Shown: one piece after another, positions 1 through 9,000 of the stretch
How positions within the stretch are numbered: the first letter of the stretch is position 1
Layout: the number at the start of each line of letters is the position of its first letter
Assembly (NCBI GenBank): GCA_049324875.1
Contig: JBMONC010000063.1
Location: 5,012-69,011, forward strand
Reading direction: 5' to 3'
From: Bacillota bacterium
GTDB lineage: Bacteria > Bacillota > Sulfobacillia > Symbiobacteriales > Symbiobacteriaceae
Length of the DNA stretch: 64,000 bases
Notes under the pieces: model-generated
Told to the model about the DNA's origin: nothing
What the model saw: the letters and a program-made list of their open reading frames with translations, nothing else
Database searches by the model: none
Program-made: the position numbers and the translations under genes

Positions 1-1337
1 ACATTATCATACCAGTCCCAGTTGGTGACCCAGACTCGTCCAGTAGCCAGGTGATCGGTGGGGCCGTTGGTCTCCCAGTAGTTGGCGAAGACCATGCCCT
101 CCAGGTAGACGTTCTTGGTCCAGACCTTGCCGCGCGCCGGATCTTTGCTGGGCGCCACAATGGTCCCCAGAACCTGCCGACTGCCGTTGGCAGCGATGCC
201 GGAGTTGTCCCCCTGAATGGTGACATCCCCGTCCATGGTGACGAACTGAATCCGGGACTTGTGCGTACCGTCCGCCGTTGACGTATAGCCGTAGAGCATG
301 TCGACGCCGTTGAAGAAGATGTTGCCTTCCACCAGGTAGATGAGGTTCCCATAAAGCTGGAACTTGTCCACGGGTTTCCCAATCACCGGCTTGTACTGGT
401 CCATATAGAGGTGACCGGGCACCTTTACAAGCATCACCTCATTGCCGGTGGGGCCCTTGCAGTACCACGGCAAATTCGCATACAGCTCATCGGGCGGGCA
501 CTTGGGGGTGAAGCCGTCGCCGTTGTTCAGCTCAACCTCCAGGCCGCCCTCAAATTCGAAGGGGGGAATCTCAATCATCGGCTGGTTGCTGTGCAGGGCG
601 TAGGTGCGGGTGTCTCCCACGGTCTCCGTCTCTGTGGCGTCGAAGGAGTAGGGGCAGGGGGCAGGCCAGGTGGCCGCAGGGTCCATCGACCCCACGCTCC
701 CGCCTTCTCCGGCGGTCTCGGTGGCGTAGAAGTTGCCGCAGAAGGTGGGGTTGCCGCTCGTAAAGATGGTCCCCTTCACAAAGATGTTCCCGACAAAAAT
801 GCCGTTGGAGTTGATCCGGAACTCGCCGCTGCCCCAGGCGATCGACTGGGCCTCGATGTCGGCGAGCCCCTTCTGGTTAGGCCCGCCATCCGGTACGCCC
901 AACCGGGCCTTGGCCACTCGGGTGATGGCCGTATTCGTGAGGGAACGGCCGTTGGCGACCACCTCGATGGCGTCCTTGTTCAGGTAGTAAGCCTCCACCG
1001 TATAGCTGGAGTTTCCCACCGTATTGGTGGTGATGTCCGCACAGATGTTGTGGGTCGGCGGATTATCCGGATCGGGCATCTCCAGCTTCGTGTTGGATGC
1101 CGCATCATACATGATGTAGCCCATACAGGCCTCAACGCCTGCCATGGCTGCGTAGCCAGCCTGCTCCAACTCCACCTGCCGCCGGCTCAGCCGCTGCTCG
1201 GTGTTCGCTCGGCCAAGCACAGCGAGGCCGGAGATCATGACCAGGAAGACGGTAAAGACGGCCGCCACCATCACATAGCCGTCCTGCGCCCCCAGACGGG
1301 TGCGCCACGTCGTCAACAAGGATTGGCTGCGGTACAT
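1..1337 (-). CDS. PilX-N-like pilus-associated protein, N-terminal ~445 codons (C-terminus lies beyond the window edge)
   Basis: Absent from the ORF track because it is open at the window edge. My translation of the reverse strand from ATG 1337..1335 reads MYRSQSLLTTWRTRLGAQDGYVMVAAVFTVFLVMISGLAVLGRANTEQRLSRRQVELEQAGYAAMAGVEAC... and appeared free of stops to base 1; I re-derived codon by codon only the stretch 1337 down to ~960. It has a short basic N-terminus plus one hydrophobic helix, as in PilX/minor-pilin-like proteins. Later segments look beta-helix-like (GIFVGNIFVKGTIFTSGNPTFCGNFY, GNLIYLVEGNIFFNGV). The start region overlaps the stop (1313-1315) of the upstream pseudopilin gene. Plus-strand ORFs 411..1490 and 733..987 are its antisense shadow. 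Confidence 0.6.
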   Translation of the reverse strand, partial: MYRSQSLLTTWRTRLGAQDGYVMVAAVFTVFLVMISGLAVLGRANTEQRLSRRQVELEQAGYAAMAGVEACMGYIMYDAASNTKLEMPDPDNPPTHNICADITTNTVGNSSYTVEAYYLNKDAIEVVANGRSLTNTAITRVAKARLGVPDGGPNQKGLADIEAQSIAWGSGEFRINSNGIFVGNIFVKGTIFTSGNPTFCGNFYATETAGEGGSVGSMDPAATWPAPCPYSFDATETETVGDTRTYALHSNQPMIEIPPFEFEGGLEVELNNGDGFTPKCPPDELYANLPWYCKGPTGNEVMLVKVPGHLYMDQYKPVIGKPVDKFQLYGNLIYLVEGNIFFNGVDMLYGYTSTADGTHKSRIQFVTMDGDVTIQGDNSGIAANGSRQVLGTIVAPSKDPARGKVWTKNVYLEGMVFANYWETNGPTDHLATGRVWVTNWDWYDN

Positions 1338-1885
1338 TTCCCCACCTCTTTGCGCGAGGTCAGGTCGACCTGGACCTCGCGAGTCTCTGTACTCCTGCTC
1401 TCTGTTGATGTAGCCTGCAGGATCACCCGAACGGTACCGGACCCCACCCTGGCGAAGGGCAGGGATCCGGAGACGGGCGAGAGGCCGTAGACCACGGTGC
1501 GGGGGGTCGCCGTTGCGCGATCGCCATCTCCCCACTCTGCCACGGACTGCTCCGCCCGGATCAGTTCCGTCCCCTGTAGCCAGAAAAAGACAACCTTCTT
1601 TTGGCCGTTGATCAGCTGGCCCAATTCCAGGTACTTCCCGCCCGTTACTGCTGCGTCGCTGGGGGTGCTCACCCGGAAGGCGATCTCGACATCTTTATGA
1701 ATGTGATCCACCGCGTCACGGACCGGCCGCATCACGTTGCCCAGGGCCTGGTCCTCGGCTGAACCGCGGTAGACCGATATTTGCATGCTCGTTACCAGCG
1801 AGATAACCATGGCCAGAATGGCCATGGCAACCAGCATCTCGGCTATGGTGCGACCGGCCTCCCCGTCGCGACACTCCCGCCGCAT
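1313..1885 (-). CDS. Minor (pseudo)pilin with prepilin-type N-terminus
   Basis: ORF 1313..1903. The N-terminus MRRECRDGEAG|RTIAEMLVAMAILAMVISLV has a basic leader, Gly, then a hydrophobic helix with Glu at +5 (class III signal / N-methylation motif). I prefer ATG 1885 (GGGGGAG 7 nt upstream) over GTG 1903. Confidence 0.6.
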   Translation of the reverse strand: MRRECRDGEAGRTIAEMLVAMAILAMVISLVTSMQISVYRGSAEDQALGNVMRPVRDAVDHIHKDVEIAFRVSTPSDAAVTGGKYLELGQLINGQKKVVFFWLQGTELIRAEQSVAEWGDGDRATATPRTVVYGLSPVSGSLPFARVGSGTVRVILQATSTESRSTETREVQVDLTSRKEVGKCTAANPC

Positions 1886-1887
1886 GA

Positions 1888-2307
1888 CTACTCCCCCGTC
1901 CACCTCATCGTCACGGCTGAATAGATGGTCACACTGTGGCTTTCGCCCTTCTCCGTCCAGGTGACCGTGACGACAATATCTTTTATGTATGGGCTGCCAT
2001 CACTCAGATTACGGTTGGTTACAGTCACGGTATACTTGTACGGGATTTCGTAGAGATTCACCGGGTCGGTATACTCGGTTTCCGCTTGCGAAACGATGGT
2101 CGTGAAATCCTTGGCCATGACGGTGTCCATCACCGAGCGTGCGACCGCCGCCGCCTCAGCACGGCGGGAGGCCCCCTCCAGGCTCTTGCGGGAGGAGGCC
2201 AGCACGCCCATCATGGGGGAGAGGGCGATGGCTATGATCGCCACGGCAACCAGGACCTCGGCCAGGGTCAGCCCCTCCTGTCGCTTCAGGCGCTCCACCG
2301 CCCTCAC
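1888..2307 (-). CDS. Minor (pseudo)pilin with prepilin-type N-terminus
   Basis: ...ERLKRQEG|LTLAEVLVAVAIIAIAL has a prepilin leader, Gly-1 and Glu+5. AAGGAGGTGA precedes it; the real start may be GTG 2298 rather than GTG 2307, which abuts the SD. Confidence 0.65.
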   Translation of the reverse strand: MRAVERLKRQEGLTLAEVLVAVAIIAIALSPMMGVLASSRKSLEGASRRAEAAAVARSVMDTVMAKDFTTIVSQAETEYTDPVNLYEIPYKYTVTVTNRNLSDGSPYIKDIVVTVTWTEKGESHSVTIYSAVTMRWTGE

Positions 2308-2332
2308 CTCCTTACTGCCTGGGAATCACGTA

Positions 2333-2851
2333 CTAGTCGACGATAATGGTCGCTGTGGCGCCGGTGCAGGCGGGCAGCTCATCCACCGAGTTGGCGGTCG
2401 CCGGAGCCCCGCCCCAGAAGACGCCCTGCTTGCCGATCCAGACATGGGTGTCGGTGCCGTTGGCCTGGACCGCCTCGAAGACAGCGCAGAAGTTGTCACC
2501 GGCCGTGTTGGCCTCGTACTCGAAGGTACCGGTCTTGAAGTAGCTGCCGGCCTTGGAGGCGCTGATGTTCAGGGTGGCGTAGAGCTCCTGCATCTGCAGC
2601 TCACCGGCGGTGTTGCCGTTGGTGGTCGGGTCGGCCGGGTAGCGGGCGTTCTCCGAGCCGTACCGCTCCATGGCGGAGAGGAACTCGTTGGCGGCGCTCT
2701 CGGCGGAGTTGATCTTGGACTTCTTCAGCGCATCCAGGACCCGGGGGGTGATCAGCCAGGCCAGAACACCGATAATAGCCACGACGACGATCAGCTCGAT
2801 CAGGGTCAAACCAGCCTCGTTCTTCTTCAGCCGTGCGAACCAGTTGTGCAT
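2333..2851 (-). CDS. Type IV (major) pilin
   Basis: MHNWFARLKKNEAG|LTLIELIVVVAIIGVLA is a canonical prepilin leader with Glu+5. The globular part has two Cys (FCAV...PACTG) as in a pilin D-region. ATG 2851 has GGAGGA ~8 nt upstream, so the 22 extra codons of ORF 2333..2917 are unlikely. It is the first pilin gene after pilC. Confidence 0.75.
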   Translation of the reverse strand: MHNWFARLKKNEAGLTLIELIVVVAIIGVLAWLITPRVLDALKKSKINSAESAANEFLSAMERYGSENARYPADPTTNGNTAGELQMQELYATLNISASKAGSYFKTGTFEYEANTAGDNFCAVFEAVQANGTDTHVWIGKQGVFWGGAPATANSVDELPACTGATATIIVD

Positions 2852-2928
2852 CTCTTCATCCTCCTCTAGATTGTGGATCCGTTGTTCCCCTCGCCCGTGC
2901 ATCCATTTCCTATACATAACCCGCCGCG

Positions 2929-4134
2929 TTACGAGATCTTCCCATACAGGTCGAACATCGGCAGGAGCAAGGGCACCACGATGATCAGCACGATTCCGCC
3001 CAGGACCAGAATGAAGACCGGCTCCATGATCGCCGTCAGCCGCTCCACCGTCTGCTTCACGTCGGACTCCGACAGGTGGGCGATGTACTCCAGCGTATCA
3101 TCCGAGTTGGAGATCATCTCACCGACCGCCAGCAGCTCCGCCAGGATCGGCGGCAGCATCTCCGTCTCCTTGATCGCCCGGCCCATGGTGGCGCCCTGGG
3201 CGATCCGATCGGGCACCTGCTGGAGCTGTTTGGCCAGGTAGCCGTTCTCCACCACATCGGCGCAGACCCGTGCGGCGGTCACCACCGGGACGCCCGCCTT
3301 CAGCAGGGAGGCCATCGCCCGGGTGTAGCGGGCAACCTCCCGCATCCGCATCAGGGGGCCGAAGATGAAGATCTTGAGGTAGAGCCGGTGGACCTTTGCC
3401 CGCAGCTCCTCGTTCCGCTTCACCATCCACATGAAGATGAGGAAGCCAACGAAGAGGATCGGGATCATATACCAGTGGGTGGTCACCGCTTCGGACACCG
3501 CCAGAAGCGCCCGGGTCTGCCAGGGGAGCTCCGCCCCCAGGTCGGCGAACATGCCGGCGTAGTTGGGGACGATGAAGGCAATCATGAAGATCGCCAGGGC
3601 GAAGGCCATCACCAGCACCGTGACCGGGTAGGTCAGGGCCGAGATGAACTTGCGCTGCAGCTGGTCCTCGGCGTCGAACTGCTCGGAGAGCAGCCTCAGC
3701 CCCCGGTCCAGCTCGCCGGAGTACTCGGAGATGCTGAGCACCTGCGTCGCCATCGGCGCAAAGGAGGGGTGGCGGTTGGACATCGCCCTGCTGAGGGGCA
3801 TGCCGGTCTCCACATCAGCCGCCATCAGCTTCAGGATTTTGTCCATCGGTCGGCGGGCCTGCTCCTTCAGCACCTCCAGGGACTGGAGCACCGGGACGCC
3901 GCCCTTGAGCAGCATCGCCATCTGGCTGAAGAAGATCGACTGCTGCCGCAGGTTCAGCTTCGGGGGGGTGAGGTCCATGTCCAGGCTGAGCTTGAACTCG
4001 GCCGCCCGGGACATGTTCTTGACCAGCATGCCTTGCTCCCGGAGCTTGCTCACGGCGTTCTCCCGGCTGGATGCCTCGAGATAGCCGCCCACCAACTGCC
4101 CCTGGGCTGTAAAGGCCTGATACTTATAGCGCAT
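2929..4134 (-). CDS. pilC: Type IV pilus / T2SS platform protein (PilC/GspF family)
   Basis: 401-aa polytopic membrane protein with the duplicated T2SSF-type module (...LLKGGVPVLQSLEVL... and ...LLKAGVPVVTAARV...). It starts 3 nt after the pilB stop. Confidence 0.85.
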   Translation of the reverse strand: MRYKYQAFTAQGQLVGGYLEASSRENAVSKLREQGMLVKNMSRAAEFKLSLDMDLTPPKLNLRQQSIFFSQMAMLLKGGVPVLQSLEVLKEQARRPMDKILKLMAADVETGMPLSRAMSNRHPSFAPMATQVLSISEYSGELDRGLRLLSEQFDAEDQLQRKFISALTYPVTVLVMAFALAIFMIAFIVPNYAGMFADLGAELPWQTRALLAVSEAVTTHWYMIPILFVGFLIFMWMVKRNEELRAKVHRLYLKIFIFGPLMRMREVARYTRAMASLLKAGVPVVTAARVCADVVENGYLAKQLQQVPDRIAQGATMGRAIKETEMLPPILAELLAVGEMISNSDDTLEYIAHLSESDVKQTVERLTAIMEPVFILVLGGIVLIIVVPLLLPMFDLYGKIS

Positions 4135-4137
4135 TCG

Positions 4138-5808
4138 CTATCCCTCCGCGAAGGCGACTCGGCGCAGCTCTTCGAGCGAGGTGGTCCCATTTAGCACCTT
4201 CTCCAGGCCGGTGGTCCAGAGGGTGCGCATGACGCCCGTCTTCAGGGCGTACTCCTGGATCTCGCCGGCGGTCCGCCGCTCGATGATCATCTCCCGGACG
4301 GGGCCGGTGATCGGCAGGAGCTCGAAGATGGCGTTGCGGCCGCGATAGCCGAGCTGGTCGCAAAAGCCGCAGCCCACCGATTCGTAGAGGGTGAGCGGAC
4401 CCGTGCGGGGGACGCCCGGCAGGTACCGGTTCGGATCCTGCTCGGGAACCTCGTGGGGCTTCTTGCACCGGGGGCAGAGCACCCGGATCAGCCGCTGGGA
4501 GACGACCCCCAGCAGGGAGGAGGCCAGGAGGAAGGGCTCGACGCCCATGTCGACCAGGCGGCCGACGGCGCCGGCGGAATCGTTGGTGTGCAGGGTGGAG
4601 AAGACCAGGTGGCCCGTCAGTGCGGCGCGGATGGCAATGTCGGCCGTCTCCATGTCCCGGATCTCACCGATCATGATGATGTCGGGGTCCTGCCGGAGGA
4701 AGGAGCGGAGGCCTGCCGCAAAGGTGAGGCCCGCCTTGTTGTTCACCTGCACCTGGGCGACGCCGGGGATGTTGTACTCCACCGGATCTTCAATAGTAAG
4801 GATGTTTACGTCGGCCTTGTTGAGGTGCGAGAGTGTCGTCATCAGGGTGGTGGACTTGCCGGAGCCGGTGGGGCCGGTGACCAGGATCAGGCCGTTGGGC
4901 CTGGTGATCATATCGTCGAAGAACTTCCGCTCCTCCGGGGGCATGTTGAGCTGCTCAATGCCCTTGACGGTCTGGTTCCGCTCCAGAAGCCGGATCACCA
5001 TCCGCTCCCCGTGGGAGCAGGGCACCGTGCTGACCCGCAGGTCGATGCGCCGACCCTCCTGGGTGACCATGATCTGGCCGTCCTGGGGGATCCGCCGCTC
5101 GGCGATGTCCATGTTGGCCATCACCTTCAGGCGGGAGATCAGCGGGGCGTGGATCGAGCGGGGCAGCGGGTTGGACTCCATCAGCGCACCGTCGATCCGG
5201 TAGCGGACCCGCACCTTGTCCTCCATGGGCTCCAGGTGGATGTCGCTGGCCCGGAACTGGACGGCCTGCGAGAAGATGGTATTGACCAGCCGGATGACCG
5301 GGCTGTCCTCGCTGGCGCTGATGTCGAAGACCCGAGTCGGCAGTGCGTCATTCTCGTCGGCCTCAGGGATGCCGAAGACCTTGACCAGGGCCCGCTGGAA
5401 CGTCTTGGATGTGATCGCGACCGATCTGACCGGCCGACCCGTCTTCAGGGCGATGTGGTCCAGCGCCATGAAGTTGAGCGGGTCGGTGATGGCCACCACC
5501 AGCATGTTCCCCTCTGCCCGGATGGGCAGGGCGCTCAACCGCTGGGCGGTCTCCTCGGAGATCAGCTTGGCGATCTCTACATCTAAGTCGAGATCCGGGC
5601 CTTGCTCATAGGGAATGTTGATCTGCTGGGCCAGGGTGGAGACCAGGTCGGACTCCGCCAGGTAGCCCATCTGGACCAGGACCTCGCCGAGGCGCCCGCC
5701 ATTGTGTTGAATGGACTCAAGCGCTTCTTTCAGATGCTCCTGCGTGATCAGCTTCCGGGCCACCAGCAGGTCGCCCAGACGGAAGCGGCTCAGTTTTGTG
5801 GCCTCCAT
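4138..5808 (-). CDS. pilB: Type IV pilus assembly ATPase (PilB/GspE family)
   Basis: N-terminal GSPII_E_N-like region (LGDLLVARKLITQEHLKEAL...LGEVLVQMGYL). Walker A GPTGSGKST, ILTIEDPVEY, Walker B DPDIIMIGEIRD, His box GHLVFSTLHTN, and tetracysteine CPRC...CGFC. ATG 5808 (GGGTGGGA 5 nt upstream) is preferred to GTG 5817. Confidence 0.9.
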   Translation of the reverse strand: MEATKLSRFRLGDLLVARKLITQEHLKEALESIQHNGGRLGEVLVQMGYLAESDLVSTLAQQINIPYEQGPDLDLDVEIAKLISEETAQRLSALPIRAEGNMLVVAITDPLNFMALDHIALKTGRPVRSVAITSKTFQRALVKVFGIPEADENDALPTRVFDISASEDSPVIRLVNTIFSQAVQFRASDIHLEPMEDKVRVRYRIDGALMESNPLPRSIHAPLISRLKVMANMDIAERRIPQDGQIMVTQEGRRIDLRVSTVPCSHGERMVIRLLERNQTVKGIEQLNMPPEERKFFDDMITRPNGLILVTGPTGSGKSTTLMTTLSHLNKADVNILTIEDPVEYNIPGVAQVQVNNKAGLTFAAGLRSFLRQDPDIIMIGEIRDMETADIAIRAALTGHLVFSTLHTNDSAGAVGRLVDMGVEPFLLASSLLGVVSQRLIRVLCPRCKKPHEVPEQDPNRYLPGVPRTGPLTLYESVGCGFCDQLGYRGRNAIFELLPITGPVREMIIERRTAGEIQEYALKTGVMRTLWTTGLEKVLNGTTSLEELRRVAFAEG

Positions 5809-5910
5809 GATTCCCACCCGATTCTTGTCTAAAAGTAAGCCATCCGGATTAGTCGGTAGTACGACCGTGCTATTCGCAACTGTTCCGTGTACTCACGTTA
5901 CTGCTAGATA

Positions 5911-5949
5911 CTTTCATCTCTCATACATGACTCTTTCACATCTCATACA
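5911..5949 (-). repeat. Two 22-nt-phased purine-rich direct repeats upstream of pilB (candidate operator)
   Basis: The minus strand reads TGTATGAGATGTGAAAGAG (5949->5931) and TGTATGAGAGATGAAAG (5927->5911). The TGAAAG cores are 22 nt apart. The words GATGTGAAAGAG and AGAGATGAAAG recur exactly at 10017-10040. Confidence 0.5.
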
Positions 5950-5980
5950 AAGCAAGGAAATACCTCACGAAGAGATGAAA

Positions 5981-6017
5981 CTACCCGCGCGGGGAGGCTC
6001 TCTCCCCGCGCGGGTAG
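5981..6017 (-). terminator. Intrinsic terminator after the SARP-family regulator gene
   Basis: 16-bp perfect stem CTACCCGCGCGGGGAG / CTCCCCGCGCGGGTAG with a 5-nt loop, 14 nt after the stop at 6031. On the minus strand it is followed by TTTCATCTCTT. Confidence 0.8.
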
Positions 6018-6030
6018 TACTTTCGTACCG

Positions 6031-9000
6031 CTAAACGATAGGGATTCCTACGACATTCACCCTAGAGAGCCACTCCTTCGCCGCCTGTAGGCTCTTTTCG
6101 GCCGCCTCCACATCGCCCAGGGCGTGCAGGGCGTAGGCCTGTTCGCCATAGGCCTGAGCGATCTCGTACTGCTCAGCAAAGGGCCGCTCGGCCTGGGCGA
6201 TCGCCTGGTTCAACCAGCGCAGCGCCTCCTGTGGCCGCCCCTGCCGGCGGGCCAGCCGGCCCAGCAGGAGGGCATGGTAGACCAGCTGCTCCCCCTGGGG
6301 CTTCGGCAACCCGGCGGCCTCCACCACCGCCCGGTGAAGCTCCCCGGCCTGAATCAGTCCGTCCAGCAGGGCGAGGTGGTACTCCAGTCCGGCTCTGGGG
6401 CCCCCTTCGCCCAGGGAGCGAAGCGCCTCACGGGGCTTGCCGGCGGCAATCAAGCAGCGGGCAAGCTGGACCCGGGCGGTGGAGAGCAGGTGGGGGAGGC
6501 CGGCGCTGGTCGCCATCTGGACCGCTGTGATGATCAGGGCCTGTGCCTCCTCCTGCTCGCCCATCCAGGCGAGCATCAGCGCCATCTCTCCCATGGTGGC
6601 GCACCGGTCCGCCACGCTGCCGGTGCGGGCCCCGATCACCAGGGCGGCCTCGAAGACCCGCCTGGCTACCAGCCAGCTGCCGGAGGCACGTTCCAGCCGG
6701 CCGATCATGTGAAGCAGGTGGGGCAGGAGCCCCGTCTCCCCGGCGAAGATGGCCGCCTCCAGGGCCTCGTGCACCCAGGGAAGCGCCTCCCGGGTGGTGG
6801 CAGCGGCGAGGGCGGTGGTCAGGCGGGCCACGGGAGCGGCTGGCCCACTCCCGATGGGGAGCCTGGCCACTGCCCGCTGGGCCACCTCATACACGTCGGA
6901 CCGGCTCTGGCCCAGGGCCAGCATGGCCCGAGCTGCATCGCTCAGCAGGAGCCCCTCCACCGTGGGGTCGCCGACCCGGGCCGCCTCGTTGGCCTGGCGG
7001 AGCACCTCAGCCAGGCTGTCCGCCGTCTGGGATTGCCACAGGCGGTACCGGCTCCGCAGGGCTGCCAGCCGGATGCTGTCGGCAGGGTCCAGCTGCTCCC
7101 GTAGCGCCTCGGCCCGCTCCAGCACCTCCAGGACGCTCCCCCCGTCGCCCTCGGCCATGGCGATCCGGCCCAGGCCCAGGAGCAGGGCGGCCTGGGTGGC
7201 GGATGGCAGCCCACTCCGCTGCAGCGCCTCCCGGCAGGTATCCACCGCAGCTCGGCGGTCGCCATAGGTCAGCATCACCCGGGAGAGCGCAAGCGGGAGC
7301 CGCTCCTGGAGGCTCGGGTCCACCCCGGCAACGCCGGGCAGAACCTGCCAGGCCCTCGTCAGGTGGTGCCGGGCGGTGACATAGGCCCGGCGGGCCTCGG
7401 CCTCCTCCCCCGCCTGGATGTGATAGGCAAAGGAGCGCTCCGGCATCCCGGCGGCATCAAAGTGGCGGGCCAGCTGACCGGGGTGGGCGCCGCCGGACTC
7501 GACCAGCAGCAGCCCGGCCAGACCGTGGGCCAGCCGACGGGTGAGGGGGTTCAGCCGGGTGTAGGCGGCCTCCCGGAGCAGGGGATGGGTGAAACGGTAG
7601 AGGTCCGGCCCGGTCGCGGCGATAATCCACTCCTGGACCGCCTGCTCCAGCCCGCTCTTCAGCAGCTCCTCCTCCCCACTGCTCAGCCGCCTCAGATCGC
7701 TGGTGTGGAACTCACGGCCCAGGACCGCTGCAAGCCCCAGCAACTCCTGCACATCGGGCTCCAGTTGGCCCATGCGCCAGGTGAGCGCTCCCAACAGGTC
7801 GCGGGGGGCCTGCACCGCCGCCTCGAAGTCGAGGGTCCAGCCGCTGGGGCCCGGGGTGAGGATTCCGGTGCCCGTCCAGGCCTTCAGGACCTGGATGACC
7901 TGCAGGGGGTTGCCGCCGGTCATCTCATGCAGGACGCGCACGGCGGGGCCGGCCAGGGTGCTGCCCAACTGCGCGAGGGCCAGGCGGCGGGTGCCGTTGA
8001 GGTCCAGGCCCAGCAGTTGCTCCCGCACCAGCCGTTGGGTAGCCGCCCCGATGGTGGTCAGGCTGCTCCAGTCGAAGGTGGTGTTGGCCCCCGTCTCCAG
8101 GGCCAGCGCCACCATCACCCTGCCGTGGTGCAGCTTCCAGCTCATGTGAGTCAAAGCCAGGGCGGTCAGGTTCCCCGCCTCGTGAAGGTCATCGATGCAG
8201 ATCAGGACGGGCTGGCTGTGGCCCACTTCCTCCATCAGGCGGCCCGCCAGGGCGCGAACCTGACCGTACGGATCGTCCGGGAGCCCCTGGGGCTCCCGCC
8301 CGGTCAGCGCCTTTAAAGCTTCGGAGACCGGCTCATAAAGAGCACCAGAGGGCGATGGGGCAACCTGGACCACCCTCCAGCCGGAAAGGCGTGCTGTCTG
8401 GGCGAGTTCGGCAATCAGACGGCTCTTGCCGCTCCCGGGCGTCCCTTCGAGCACCAGCATCTGCCCGCGCCCGGCGGCGGCCTGGTCCAGCAGCATCTGC
8501 ATCCGCTCCCACAGGCTCTCCCGCCCGATCAGGGCAGCGCTGAACTCTGGGGAGCGGGTCTGCTCAAGGGAGGAGGTGGCCATGAGATCCCGGGCCAGCA
8601 CCACCCGGCGGGCCCGGTGTTTCTTGGCCCAGTGGACGGCGACCTCGGCGGTCCTCTGCAGGGAGAGGGCGTCGGCGGCGTCCTCCGGATAGGCGGCGAT
8701 CCCGGCGGCGAACTCCACCGAGCCCCGCAGATCCGGGATGACCAGCGAGGCCGAGAGGCCGGCCACCGCTTGCTGGACCAGCACCGCAGCCACGTCGACC
8801 GGCACCGAGGGGAAGAGGACCGCAAAGCTGCCGCCGCCCATGCGGGAGACCACGCCCTGGGGCAGCTCCTCCCGGAAGTAGGCGGCACAGGTGCGCAGCA
8901 CGGAGTCGCCCCGCTCCAGGCCCAAGGTGTCATTGACCCGGCGCAGCCCCTTCATGTCCAACAGGGCGATCACCGGGGCATTCCCCGATCGGATCTCCAA

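Noticed and set aside
411-1490. 359-aa plus-strand ORF at the left edge
   Set aside because: It is antisense to the edge-truncated PilX-like gene, which I translated on the minus strand (1337..1). The plus-strand product has no motifs and a typical shadow-ORF composition.
5818-5910. c-di-GMP or other riboswitch in the pilB leader
   Set aside because: By eye I could not find the conserved GEMM-I/II core motifs or a convincing terminator/antiterminator pair. This needs a covariance-model search before any claim.
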